Source of the DNA: Pseudogymnoascus verrucosus
Lineage: Eukaryota
DNA length: 64,000 nt
Assembly (NCBI GenBank): GCA_001662655.1
Contig: KV460213.1
Direction: 5' to 3' (one strand)
Made by a program: the position numbers and the translations under genes
The notes under the pieces: generated by a model
The model's database searches: none
What the model was told of the DNA's origin: nothing
What the model saw: only the letters and a program-made list of their open reading frames with translations
Shown: positions 1 to 12,119 of the stretch, one piece after another
Layout of the letters: each line of letters opens with the position of its first letter
Position numbering within the stretch: the first letter of the stretch is position 1

Positions 1-905
1 TACCATACACATACCATACTCTACTCCTACTATTACTCCTCCATCCCACGCTGCGTACGCCTGCTCATGACTAGCCAGTAGTCCACTTATATTATATCAT
101 CCCACTTCGTTCTCTCTTCCGTCTGTAATCTTCCCAACTCCACAAACGTCCTCTCCAACAATACCTTATTGAACCACTCACTATATATCCCCCGAGTCCC
201 GAGTTTCTCTAAACAATTATTTTTTGTGTTACTATTTAATACGCCCGTTCGATTTCCAAACGTCGCTCCCTAGTCTCTCTCTACCCTCACTCTTGAAGGT
301 GCAATCTCGCCTGCTAATAACCTCAACCCGCCACCACCACTGCATTCTGGATTTGCCACCATCCGATCTGATTACCCTTCTTCAACTTGTTCGCTTTCTG
401 GTCGATTATCGCCAGCCGTTGCAGTTTAATAAAGATTCGAGGGCATTATTCTTCAAAGGAGCCAACTGATCTGAACGAGCGGGTCGTTTCAGCGGCGACA
501 GTTCGGCTCTCACTCTCATCAAGCGCTGCTTGCTGGTTTTTGAGAACAGCGCAGCCGAAACCAGAACCGTTTGCGAGGCAGTAAAGCGACTCCTGGTTCA
601 GACATCACTGCTTTAGTATCTTGTCGCCCTCTAATCAATTCTACAAGTCCTCCACCTGGACCGTACGGCGACTCGTGCACAGTCCACCACCAACGTCCGT
701 GGACCTGATAGACGCCGTTGTTATCAGTTTCTGCCACCCACCTTTCAGACATTACTTGTCATCCGGTTACTCTTTGGTCTTCCGTCATAGATCGCAATCT
801 ACCGTTTCTAAAGGCAGACCTGCTCGGACAGAGATAGCCTTCGTCCGCGCGTTGTTCGGCGCAACAGTTGCTACACTACTCTACCTTTCCCAACCCTTCC
901 TGGCA

Positions 906-1998
906 ATGAATCTCTCGAATCTGGTGCACGGGAGGAAGGTGAGACAACCGATGGCTGTGGATTATCTCTCAGAGGAGCAATTTGAGCAGCAAAGGTTCCA
1001 GGCACAGAAGTATCCAGAGTACTACGACGGCAGCTTCGCAGGATCATACGCACAACCAGCACAGTTATACTCATACGTCCAAGTCCCTCAACCGCCGCCG
1101 TCTCCTCCGATGGAGGAAATCGCAAAATGCTCTCTCCCTTCAATATCAAGCCTTCTTGGAATCGCAGACAACAATCCCTCTCAGCAACAAGAACAGTCTC
1201 GTCCAAGTAAGTCCTCAGTTCTCCTCCCTTGACCCCCCATCTAACGCATCACAAGTGTCCCAACATACGTCCGATAGTCGTAAGAACTCCGCACACTACA
1301 CATCATCCAGCGCAGCGACGACGCCGCGACAGTCGCTCCCACTTACTCCACCCACGCACCCTGACTCGGCGCCCGAAAGCCGCCATTCCCCGTCCTCATC
1401 CATCTCATCCACCTCGCAATACAGCTGTGCGTCGACACCCGCAGCGTACAGCTTTCAACCCGGACCCGCTGGCAACGTAGGATTTAACCCAGAGCGAGAG
1501 GGGTTTTCAGGCGCAGAACCGCGGAGAGCTTCCGTGCCTATGTCGCAGCCGCAGTATGGTATTCAATCTTCGTACCCTATGGCACCAGCACAGCAAATGA
1601 ACGGTTACTATCCTCCTCCTATGTCTGGAAATGCTCCTCTTCCAAATGGAGTATACTATCAACAACGGCCACTTCTCAACGTACGTCAAATCCCCCTCAG
1701 TTCTATTATCCCTATACTAATCCAACAACAGTACACAACCCCCCCCTCCACAAACCCCTGGCAACACCACCACTACATCGCCCCCTCCTCCTCCTGCTTC
1801 CCTCTCCCGCAAGACCGCTACATCTGCCCAACCTGCAACAAAGCCTTCTCGCGCCCCTCCAGCCTCAAGATCCACAGCCACAGCCACACGGGCGAGAAGC
1901 CCTTCCGCTGTCCCGTCCGCGGATGTGGCAAGAAGTTTAGCGTGCGGAGTAACATGAAGCGCCACGAGCGGGGGTGCCATGGCGGTGGTATTTGCTGA
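906..1998 (+). CDS. mtfA: C2H2 zinc-finger transcription factor, MtfA-like (3 exons; introns 1207-1255 and 1681-1731)
   Basis: Two C-terminal C2H2 fingers (RYICPTCNKAFSRPSSLKIHSHSHTGEKPFRC...CGKKFSVRSNMKRHERGCH), preceded by NPWQHHHYI, plus an N-terminal LPSISSLL motif. Intron 1 (GTAAGT..CTAAC..AAG) joins ORFs 621..1232 and 982..1998 in the correct phase. Alternative ATG at 951. Confidence 0.85.
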
Positions 1999-4900
1999 TG
2001 GCTGATGGCTGAGACATGCGACGGAGACGGGAATGGGGGGATGCGAAGCGATCAATCATCTTTTTCTATCTATCTGACATATTATTGTTATTCGGAACGG
2101 CGAAACGGGGGCTTGGGCAGGGGGGAGGCGTTTGAGAAGTGGGTCGCACTGTTGGATTGAACTTTTTGGGGAAGAAGCGGTGTTTCTGTTGAAAAACGGG
2201 GCGAAGATGATATAACTGCAAAGAAATTGGGAGTTTTACTTGATGGCGAAAGAATGGGCTATTACGGTGGGGGGGTTATTTTTAGTGACTACGAACGAAC
2301 GAGACTTTGGGTTTTTCTCACGAGAAAGCGTTCATACGATAACGAGCGCCCAGGGCGGCATTTTTCTCTCGATTCAGCGATGTGACGAGCAACAGATACA
2401 GATACACACGGGGGGGCTCAAGGGGTAGCTACCAAAGCAACACAACACACAAAATTTAATCACTCACAAGAAATGCAAACATATCCCATTTCCACATACA
2501 TACATAAAGTCTCTATTTTTATGCCATTTTGCTGGTTGAGACCGACTCGACTCCCCCGTTCCCTATTCCCCTGCGCTATCTCCATGCCCAAGTCCTTAAG
2601 ATCGGCCAGCTATAATACATGTAATACGGAGCCCGGCCGGGTGTTTCTGTACTCCCCTCCCCCACTCACCTCCCCTGCCCTAGGCGGAGGAAGTTCGGAA
2701 TCCGAGACTACCATCGCTGTAACGATCATAGCGAGGAATCTGATATCATAACACAACGTACCTACCCATGCCCCCTTACGAACCCAAACCCAGGATCCGC
2801 GAAAGCCGCCAGAGATGCCGCGTCCTCTGCCGTGGAAATGGGAAGGGGGCCCAGCATGGGGCATGAGGGGCGCTCGGTGGAAGTGGTGGCGAGAGAGAGT
2901 AGCAAGCTAGATGGAATGAAGCCCTTCCCAAACGCTTGCTCGACGGGCAATACGTCACCCCTAGGTACAGACAGACAGATACTGTGTCGGCGAATTACCG
3001 AATTATTAGTCGAAGCTAGCTAGTTAAACGCATAGGGACTAAAAGTCTTCAGTCAGAAAAAAGCCTACAGTTGAGACAAGACAACGCCTCGCGGGTCTCG
3101 CTTGGGTACTACTGTCTGTGGAGGAACGAACCCCTCACTCACTCACACCACTTGTAAATGCCATGACCGTGGCAGGCGAGAAACCGCTGGCAGCCAGAGA
3201 GACATGACATGACCTGTAAGGGAGCACGGCGCTGAAACGGGGAGGCGTACGCATCTGCCCGTCACCTCCCTCCCTCTCTGTCTCGCTGTCCCTTACTTCC
3301 CAGGCTGGCTCCTGGCCGCTGATGGAACACCCCCGGCCCTCAAGCGACAGCGATTACGACTACGATGGTGGGCTGACTACAGCGGATATTCTGTTGAAGC
3401 GAGTGATGTAGCACCAACTACTCGACATATACTGGGAATAGGACCGGAAGCAACTCGCCAGTCGCCCCGTCCCCCACAGTGCTGGAGGAGGGCCACTTAG
3501 AAGGCCTTTGGGGGGGGGGGGTATGGTAGCATTGGACGAGGAGCAGACAGGCAGGTAGGGAGGAACTCCGTTAATCAACAGGATTGCAGCAAAGGCGCTC
3601 CACTAATGGCCGTTGAGAGCCCACATTGCTGATTCTAGCCACTGTGTCGGCGTCGTCGGGGTTGGTAGGTAGCCACCCACCAAGCCAAACCACCACTGGC
3701 AATCCTAGCGATTGGGACGTGTCGGTTTTGGTGGTAGCTGGATTGGATGGGGCGTATGTATGTGCCGACGAGGGGGTGGTGATAGGTGTTGTCGATCGGT
3801 AGGCCCACTGCTCGCCTGCTGCTTGCTTGATTGATTACAACAGGGCAGGGCAGGACATGGGAGAAGTCAGTGTAACGCGAGACAACACAGACAGGATGCA
3901 CCTTGCAGGCGGCGCTGTCCTTCCCTCCCGCGACATGTTCCTCGGTGTCTTGTATTGTTGGTGATGGCCTCCTGCGTCTACGACTCATTGGTCCCTCGGG
4001 GTTCGATATCACAAATACCGCTTGCTGCTTTCCTTGCTTTTGTCGCCCAGCTCGACGAGTTGGTTGCTGCGGCGATATTTTTACATGCGTGCACACACGC
4101 ACAATCCTCCTCCGGCAGGGTACATACATACATAACGCCGCCGTCTGTCTGTCTGTCTGTATCTTTGAGAAGAGGCGAGCAGGGAGGGCCCTGTTGCGCT
4201 GCAACTGCAGCAGATCAAAGATCTGCGGACTTGGGAACCAGTATCGGTGTGCCGAAGGGAGGGTGGCTAGCTGCCGTTGCGACCCTTCGCGGTGGCAGGT
4301 CGCAGGTAGCAGCAAGCTTGACTCCATTTTTGGCCTTTTGATGGGGCGGCGTTGCTGGTTCGCCCCCCCGCGGAACATGGTCCACATTGTGGTGTGTGGG
4401 ATTGTGGTGGCGGGATGGGATGGGGGTGTCTCTCCTAGAATAGAAGTCGAGGATGGGGGGGGGGGTGGAGGTGGTTGTTGGGTCGGGATATTTCCCTCAT
4501 AGTTTTGACAATCCCAGTTATGTTTATGTTGCGGCTTGCTCGATTGGTACACTCGAACGGTGGCCCGGGACTTGCTTGCCTAAATTAAGAGGGATTGGTT
4601 TGAAGGGATTGAAAAGGAAGTCCCTCTCTCTCAACTTTGGAGGATGCTAACCCTAATCCCATGGCATCACTCACAGCACACCATCAATATAGCACAATTG
4701 ATGAGCACACATCGGTGGCAACAGGACACAATATCCAAGATATTGAAAGGAAAAACACCACATCTGACCCACCATTTGCACTTTATGCACCGCTCATCAA
4801 AGGCATTAGCACTGAGCATATCCCCTCCCAACCCTAACTTGAAAAACGCACCCATCAGCGCCGTCAGATCAGCAAGGCACTCCGCAAATGTCTCGTCCAC

Positions 4901-7900
4901 CGCTGCGTGCCGGACGGCAGCATCCTACCCGTCGCTGGACATATGCACATCTAGGCAAAGAGCATAGGAGGATCCTCATCAAGGCCTGTCTTGTCTTGCC
5001 TTGCCTGTAAAAAGCCGCTCTGGATGGTGGAATGCTTGTGACGTATCAGAAAGTTCCATCGCACAAAAAATGCACAGCGGCAGGGTAGCTTCCTCCTTGC
5101 CCTTTTTTGCCCACAACGCCACTTGGCTTTTTTTTTTCTCTCCTCCCGTCCGTTGTGCTTCAGGTACTGTTGCTTGTCCTGGTCCTCCTGCGACGCCCTG
5201 ACTCTGCGATGCCCTGCCCAGCTCAACCCCCACGAATTTGCAGGTCCTAGCATAATTCCATGGATCTGGATGGCGATGAATAGAGAGTACTCTATCCATC
5301 CCCCCCGACCAAAAACGGAGCAAAGAACCCTCACCCATCCCCTACCCTACCACCCCCCTAAAAAACGTGTGTGATGTCGTCTCCCTCACAAGTACCAGTA
5401 CCTCCCCACCCGTCCCCCTAGTCGTCCGCGGATCATCTACCTGCAGCGCAGATCCGCATCTCGACCAATGATACGCCGGCGCGGGAGCGTGCCAGATAAG
5501 ATCGTCCCCGTTAAGCACGTGAGATGCACATTGCCCTCGTCCCTCTGGCCCCCGTGTGGGACGCTGTGGGGCGCAGCGGGGGAGGTAGCGTTGGCCCCGA
5601 AGGCATGGGCGATGTGAGCCGCTCATTTCGGAGGAGGCGTGTCAAGGAGGTGGTGTGGATGAGGAGGGGGGGATGATGGGGGGTACTGGTACTTTGGCCC
5701 GTTATTCTACCCTACTGCACTGGGTGCTTGTAGTGGGATGTGGTGTATTGAACTGTACATGCTACTAATGCAGTGTTGATAGTGTTAGTAAGGAGGCTAG
5801 GCTCGACGAGGTTCAGTGCACCGGAGAGGCCGTAGAGTGGCTTTGCTTAGGCAGGAATCACAGGAATCATGATTTGGGCAGAGAAGAGACAGAGAAGACT
5901 GTGCATACTTATAATTATCATACGTATTGTGCTGTTGCTATATGTACTATTCTGTTCTTGATTTACTGCCGCCGTGCAAATTATCACCGTATGTAGAAAC
6001 GGGAAGTACACGTTATTTTGTGATTTCCTGCAAGTCTCACACAGCTGTCTCACCGTAAAGTATCAGATACCCCAACTTGCTTCTTTCCATCCATAGTTTA
6101 CCGTACTATACTACTACGTAGACCGTATTTTGTCTTCTCTCTAGTTGTACCCTCTACCCGTTCTTGAGATGAAAGGCCCGTCCTAAGGTCCGTCCCGTGG
6201 AGCCGCTAACAGACCCGGTGCGCCACAATGTCTCACTGTGTCACAGACTTAAGACAAGGTTGATGGGGGGGCTTTTTAGGGGGCCTCCTAGGGGACCTCA
6301 CCCCGTCAGAAAAATAACGGAGTGTCGACGCTGTGTTAGGATAACTATCACAGCAAAACAGCTCTGCTCTGTTTCCCTGTTTCCCTACACCGACATATGT
6401 CCACAACGCCGCTCCGACGCTATAATTGCCTCAAAGAGGTAATGGATTACATAGCTAAATTACTCCTTGTCTCTACATCCTATACCCTACAGGTAGAGCT
6501 CCACTGCTAGTGCTGTGGAGAGCTTACACGCATGCTATCCCTAGCTCTAGCTCTCTCTGAACAGCTTCAGTCTCACTTAGCTCCTATTCCAGTCAACCGG
6601 GTGTATGCCGTCACGTCCGCTGTGCTCCATACTTCCTTCCAACTCCTAGGGCCCCTTCAGTCACATTGAGATTTCTGGCCCCCGCCAAGAGCAACAACAG
6701 GGTTCTCTCCTGGGGACGGAGAGTCACCCTTGTTTTGAGGCTACAAAGGCAACGTGGGCGATCCTCATCGACAAAATGTGTTTCATGACAGTCCCGACAG
6801 GGCGTTTAGCTGCAGTAGAGAGGTAAGGGGGAGGTACTCTAATTTACTCTCTTTATTACCTCAGCGGACAATATTAATGTATGCACTAGGAAATTGTTTT
6901 GTAGGATTGATTGACCTTTCTGGGTTCTCCTCTTAGCCTATATCATAATATGATATGTTATCGCCGCAATCCCTACCCGAAACGGTAGCGTTTCCCTTCG
7001 CCAAATTGACCTCAGAGAGCGGAATTAATTGCAATTAACGATGAGGGCAACTATGAACAATTTCAAGTCTTCAAGACATATGTATGCATGGTGCTTCCGG
7101 TCCAGTTTGAGCAGAATGCAGTAATGCTCTGCGCTGCGTCCAAAAGGGGGAAGCACATACATTCTTAGTACAAGCCATGGCGGCCCAGACCCTCTGATGA
7201 TCAGCAGCCATGCACCATCCCTTGCCCATAGCTTTGCGGAAGCTCAGACTCCCTTCTGTCATACCATTCTGTCGGCAACACAGCTTCGTCCAGCTTACCG
7301 CACAGTAGCTCCTGCCCAGGGTGCAATTATGGGGTTTGTACTAGAGCACGAACCGCCTTCGCTTTCGTTGGGACGATGTTTCCGCGTCGAAAGCTGGGAC
7401 TGGGGACACACCATCACGCCTCTACTACCAATTGGATTACGCCTGCGTTTCACGAATGTGCTGAACGATGGGATGGAATGTGATAGTTTGTTGGTATGTA
7501 TGTCACATGTCATTTATATTGCTTTTCTACTGTCACTTGAATCGTATGTAGGGGAGGAAGACATGGGGTCCACAGTCTGCGTATGCATGCTATCCCGTTG
7601 TGCGACTCCCCGGGATTGTCAAACTTGAAACCCGCGAGGCGCTGAATGGCTGTGTTAGCCACAGGATATCGGCGCTTGCAGGTTATCACTATTTCTGCAC
7701 AATGCTTGAATGTGTTCGGGGGACAGCGGGCGGGAGCTTGCTTGCTTGACATGCAGCCCAGGCCGATACAAGCCAGCTCCCCCCAGTTTAGAGTCGGCGC
7801 CTCATCAGTGGGCAAGCGTCAAACGTGGCCGGACGGCGCTCCAAGATGTTCCGCACAGTAGGCCTCCCGCTTCCTGTGTGCCATTCAAGTTTCAATCACA

Positions 7901-9775
7901 AAAGACATGTCTCAAATGCTACTGTGACGAGGCCGAGGCAGTGGGATTATCCAGACGATGGACGTGCCCGGCTATCTCTCCTCGCGCTCTGACTTAACAA
8001 GCTCTGATATAGAGGAACTCAGTCAGGATATTCTCTGTAGCGCGAACTAACAACCGTTATTAGAGGTACCTCCTCGCCACGCTTTCTACCGGCGCTGAGC
8101 ACGTTGTGAGAGGGTCCGTGGCGCTAGGGCGACGACTTAGTGAGTTAGTGATGAGAGTAATATTGACAATATGTGCTTGTGGCACCACTATGCACAGGAG
8201 TCATTAATGTCGGGTTATAACGCAGATACTATTATCCCACCTCTTGGTCGGCTATCGAAATCTAGCCTCCAAACAAGACCCCCCCTCGAGGGCGCCTCTC
8301 CAAGCGGCGCCAACTGCAACAGGCAGTATCGCCGCCCTGATCGCAAAATACTCCGCAATCATCTGCTGTGCACACGCACTGCTGGATCGGGCGGCAAGAA
8401 ACCAGTACCACGGCACTAGGTACCTGCCCATCGCTCAACGGGGCAGCACACAGCAAAGAACCCACCAACCCACCCATCCTCCCACCCAGAACTGCGCGCT
8501 GGCACCGCCCCGCGCCCCGATGGCGTCCATCCAGATCCTCAGTGGCGGCCTCGCGTTGTGGGGTGGCGAGACATAACACACGCTGCCATGTAACGGCCGC
8601 GGCCCTATACCGGGCTTGTCGAAACGACATCCCCATCACCATAGCGTGCCCTTCGGGAGAACCTGCCTGCTTTTTTCCCACCTCTCTCTGCCTGCCTGTT
8701 CTGTTATGTTATGTTCTGACCCCTTGGTGGAGTCAGCGGCGGCATGACAGGACGACTGTTCCGGTTCGGCTGCACGCTTTGGCAGCATTCTGATTTGTGC
8801 ACTCGTATTGGGGTGGGTGTATGGAGGATTTGCGGCGGGGGGCCCGGATTCGAATGCATAGCGAGAAGTGGTGGCTGGATTGGGAGGGGGGCAGGGGTTG
8901 CGTTGCCCTTCTTCCTTGTTGTTGGGGAGTTGGGGGGGGGGCGGGTTTACGTAGGACAGTTGGAAGTGGGCAGGAGGGGGAGGGGTCCTAAGGAGGGTGT
9001 GGGATCGATGGACGAGAACTGGGGGCCCCCGTTTGAATACTGAGAAGGGGACAGATTTGGCACGGAGTGTAGCAATTTTTTTTGTTGTTGAGTAAGGGGC
9101 TTCGGAGGAGGTTTTGCGGTGAGTAGTCTTGTGTAAAGAATTCACCGTGGGTTTGGTTCTCCTGGCCAAATTTTCCGTAGACTTGGCCTACTGGTGCTAT
9201 GGGCGAGGTAAGGGTTGAGCTTGGGATACGGATGGAAAAACAACGCATATTTGCTGTATTTTTTCAGGCTTGGGCTTGTAGCTGACGGCTCTGAGTACTG
9301 AGCTGGATTGCTGAATATTACTCTGATTCAATCATGCTTTGAATAACAGTATCCCTTTGAACTCTGTGTGCTTTGATGTTAATAATCTTGTAACTCTTTG
9401 CGATTGTGGCTCTGTATTGCTCTGACGTATGCCTCTATATACTGTTCTTTTGTCGAACTGTGTCCGCGATGCCCCTGCGATGCCCAGATCCCCTCATTTT
9501 TCCACTCTTTCCCAAGGCATATCGTCATCGAGCAACTATTCACACCCAGGAGCGCTCAAGTTCATCAACTAAAACACATCGCAAGACATTAAATAGCCCA
9601 GGAGGTGATAGTAATGACCAGCTCTGGAGTTCTTCTTTGTTCTCAGATAAGTTATATTGGAGATTGAAGCAGTTAAATAGTATAGATTCATTAATTATTA
9701 CTGAACAACGATAGATACAAACGTCGCTCCGAAAGCCTTCTCTCGAATACCTCCTCCATATCACTTCCATAAAAC

Positions 9776-10849
9776 CTATATCTCCAACTTCTCAACTCCC
9801 ACAAGCTCTGCCTCTGCATTCAAAGCATCAATCTCAGCCTGTACGAATGGAATCCCACCAGCCAACCTCTTCTCCATCGTCTCCTGCTCGATCTCTCCCG
9901 GAAAGAAAATCCTATCCACACCCGCCATCTTCTCACTCCCAACGACCTTCTGATACAGCGTATCCATCCTCTCCTTAAACGCCTCCAAATCCATAAACAA
10001 ATCCGGCTTAATCGCCACAAGAAAATGTCCCACATCCGCCGGCTTCGACGGATCATACGGCCCCGTCACACCTCCCGCAAACGCACTCCCCGACAAAACC
10101 CCAGAGAACACATCCATCATCACAGCCAACCCACTCCCCTTCGGGCCCCCCATCGGTAGCATAACACCCTTCAACGCCTCCGCCGGGTCCTCCGTCGGCC
10201 TCCCCTCCCCATCCAGCGCCCAGTCCCCCGGAATCTTCTCACCCCGCCTCAGCGCCTTATAAATCTTCCCCCTTGCCGCAACACTGGGCGCCATATCTAG
10301 AATAAACGGCTTCGTCTTACCCGCTGGCGCACCTGCCGCAATGGGACTCACACCCATCAACTTCTCGCGCCCGCCCCAGGCCGGTAGCGCCGGCGACGAG
10401 TTCGTGAAGACCAACGACATCAACCCGGCGTCGAGAGCTTGCTGCACTAGCCACGCGGACATACCGAAGTGGTTGGAGTGGCTGATCGATACCATGCCGA
10501 TACCATACACCTTCGCTGCCTCGATGGCGACTTCCATACCCTGGTGGGCGGAGACGAAACCAAATGCGTTTTTTCCGTCGATGTGTGCGGCGACGGGGGT
10601 GGTTTGGGTTAGGACTGGCTCGGCGGTGGGGGAGAGGACGCCGCTCCGGATACGGGCGAGGTAGGAGGGGAGACGTTGGGTGCCGTGCGTGTCGATGCCG
10701 CGGAGGTCGGCAAGGACGAGGGCTTTGGCGATGATGGCTGCGTGCGCGGGGGAGACAGAGTTGGCTTCTAGGAGCCTCTGGGTGAAGGATGTGAGGGAGG
10801 TGGGTTGGATGTTGGTCATGCTTTGTTGGGGCTCTGGTGCTGAGGCCAT
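9776..10849 (-). CDS. Ldh_2-family (malate/L-lactate/L-sulfolactate/ureidoglycolate-type) dehydrogenase, intronless
   Basis: Family motifs ADLRGIDTHG, SNHFG, FILDMA, LPMGGPKGSGLA and a C-terminal FPGE. ATG at 10849. Confidence 0.9.
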   Translation of the reverse strand: MASAPEPQQSMTNIQPTSLTSFTQRLLEANSVSPAHAAIIAKALVLADLRGIDTHGTQRLPSYLARIRSGVLSPTAEPVLTQTTPVAAHIDGKNAFGFVSAHQGMEVAIEAAKVYGIGMVSISHSNHFGMSAWLVQQALDAGLMSLVFTNSSPALPAWGGREKLMGVSPIAAGAPAGKTKPFILDMAPSVAARGKIYKALRRGEKIPGDWALDGEGRPTEDPAEALKGVMLPMGGPKGSGLAVMMDVFSGVLSGSAFAGGVTGPYDPSKPADVGHFLVAIKPDLFMDLEAFKERMDTLYQKVVGSEKMAGVDRIFFPGEIEQETMEKRLAGGIPFVQAEIDALNAEAELVGVEKLEI

Positions 10850-12119
10850 GATGGCGGGGTGGTGGTGGATTGAGGTGAGTGGATTTTCTTTTAGCACACC
10901 GTTGATTGAGAGGGTTGGAGAGGCGGGGAGAAGTCTAATGGAAGCACAATTGTAAGTTCTGGTGATATTGAGGAAGTTTGGCTTGGAGAAGCTTTATTGT
11001 TGGGAATGGGAAGCTTTATGACGGTTGATGTGCGGGGCAGACAAGAGTTAGATCCCCCACATATGGTTAGTAGTCTCTCTTCTCCTCCGATATACGGACG
11101 CAAGCTCACGGTGCAGAGTAGCTCATACTAAAATATTAGAGAAATTAAATTTATTTCATGAGCTCCTTCATTGGCCGTTTACGGCAGTTTCAAAGTTCTA
11201 CGTGAGATATAATTTGTGGGATGGCTAGAAGAGTGCGGCAGAAAAACGGACATGGGGAAACTTTGGAGAGTGCGGGGAATTGGGGTCTTCACCCCCGCAA
11301 GACCAATGATCCAGCAGATCACCGATATTCTAGATGTGTCCCGTCTGGCTCCTTCACGGCATATTATACACCACCAGAAGCTGCAAATACGGTGCCCGCC
11401 GAGTTATATTATCTCGTTGGACATGAATCCGAGGTTTTGGGTGCCAAGGGGTCAACATATGCAGCTGAACGGACGACTCTACTGTGCCGAACCCAGCCCA
11501 GACTCACATCGGGAAGCTATAGCTTGCGGAAACATCAATGTACGTATGTATGCGAGCTATAGCTATGGCTATATCACTAGGTCTGTTTTCGAGGCTGGCC
11601 GTTTGGTGGCTGTGGTGCGAACGTCTGATGCGGCTGTAACCCCAATTCCCTGGCGCGGACAGCGTATTGATGCACATATCAATGACGGCCGACAATAGGC
11701 ACAAGCAGGAGGCTGATACAGTAGACCAACGGTAATATATTGCTTCTATTTGACGAGATATAAGGACTGTATCGAACACTTCGAACTACTCTGTCAGGTG
11801 AAATTCAAGAGCAGTAGATACGGAACGCATGTTTTGTCTCCCGTCCGACAACGAAGAGTCCTAATGAAAGGACCTTCACATCTCGCATCGCCATAGAAGA
11901 CGCGGTGCTACACAATGGTCAAACGGTATAATTTCGAAAAAGAAGAAGAGGAAATCCCCAGCCGAAGCGAACTTTGAAGATATTGCTGCATAGTGGGGCA
12001 TCTTGCTTATGTAATGCCGCTAAAATCGTGGATTCCTCATCCGAAAAACTTCGTTGCCTACAACTCCTCCCACAAACTTTTGTTTCTTCCTTTCTCTTTT
12101 CTTTCAATATCCAAAAACC

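Noticed and set aside
3635..4552. 305-codon minus-strand ORF
   Set aside because: Non-ATG start, crosses homopolymer and microsatellite tracts, R/P/Q-rich composition and no recognisable motif.
4647..4656. CTAACCCTAA, resembling the filamentous-fungal telomerase RNA template, inside the gene-free interval
   Set aside because: A 9-10-mer is not unexpected by chance in 64 kb, and I could not identify a pseudoknot or CR4/5. A TER covariance-model search would settle it.
6696..6734. Imperfect hairpin (AGGGT-CTCTCC / GGAGAG-ACCCT); also a 14-bp palindrome near 7025-7038
   Set aside because: Short and isolated, within chance expectation, with no TIR/TSD context.
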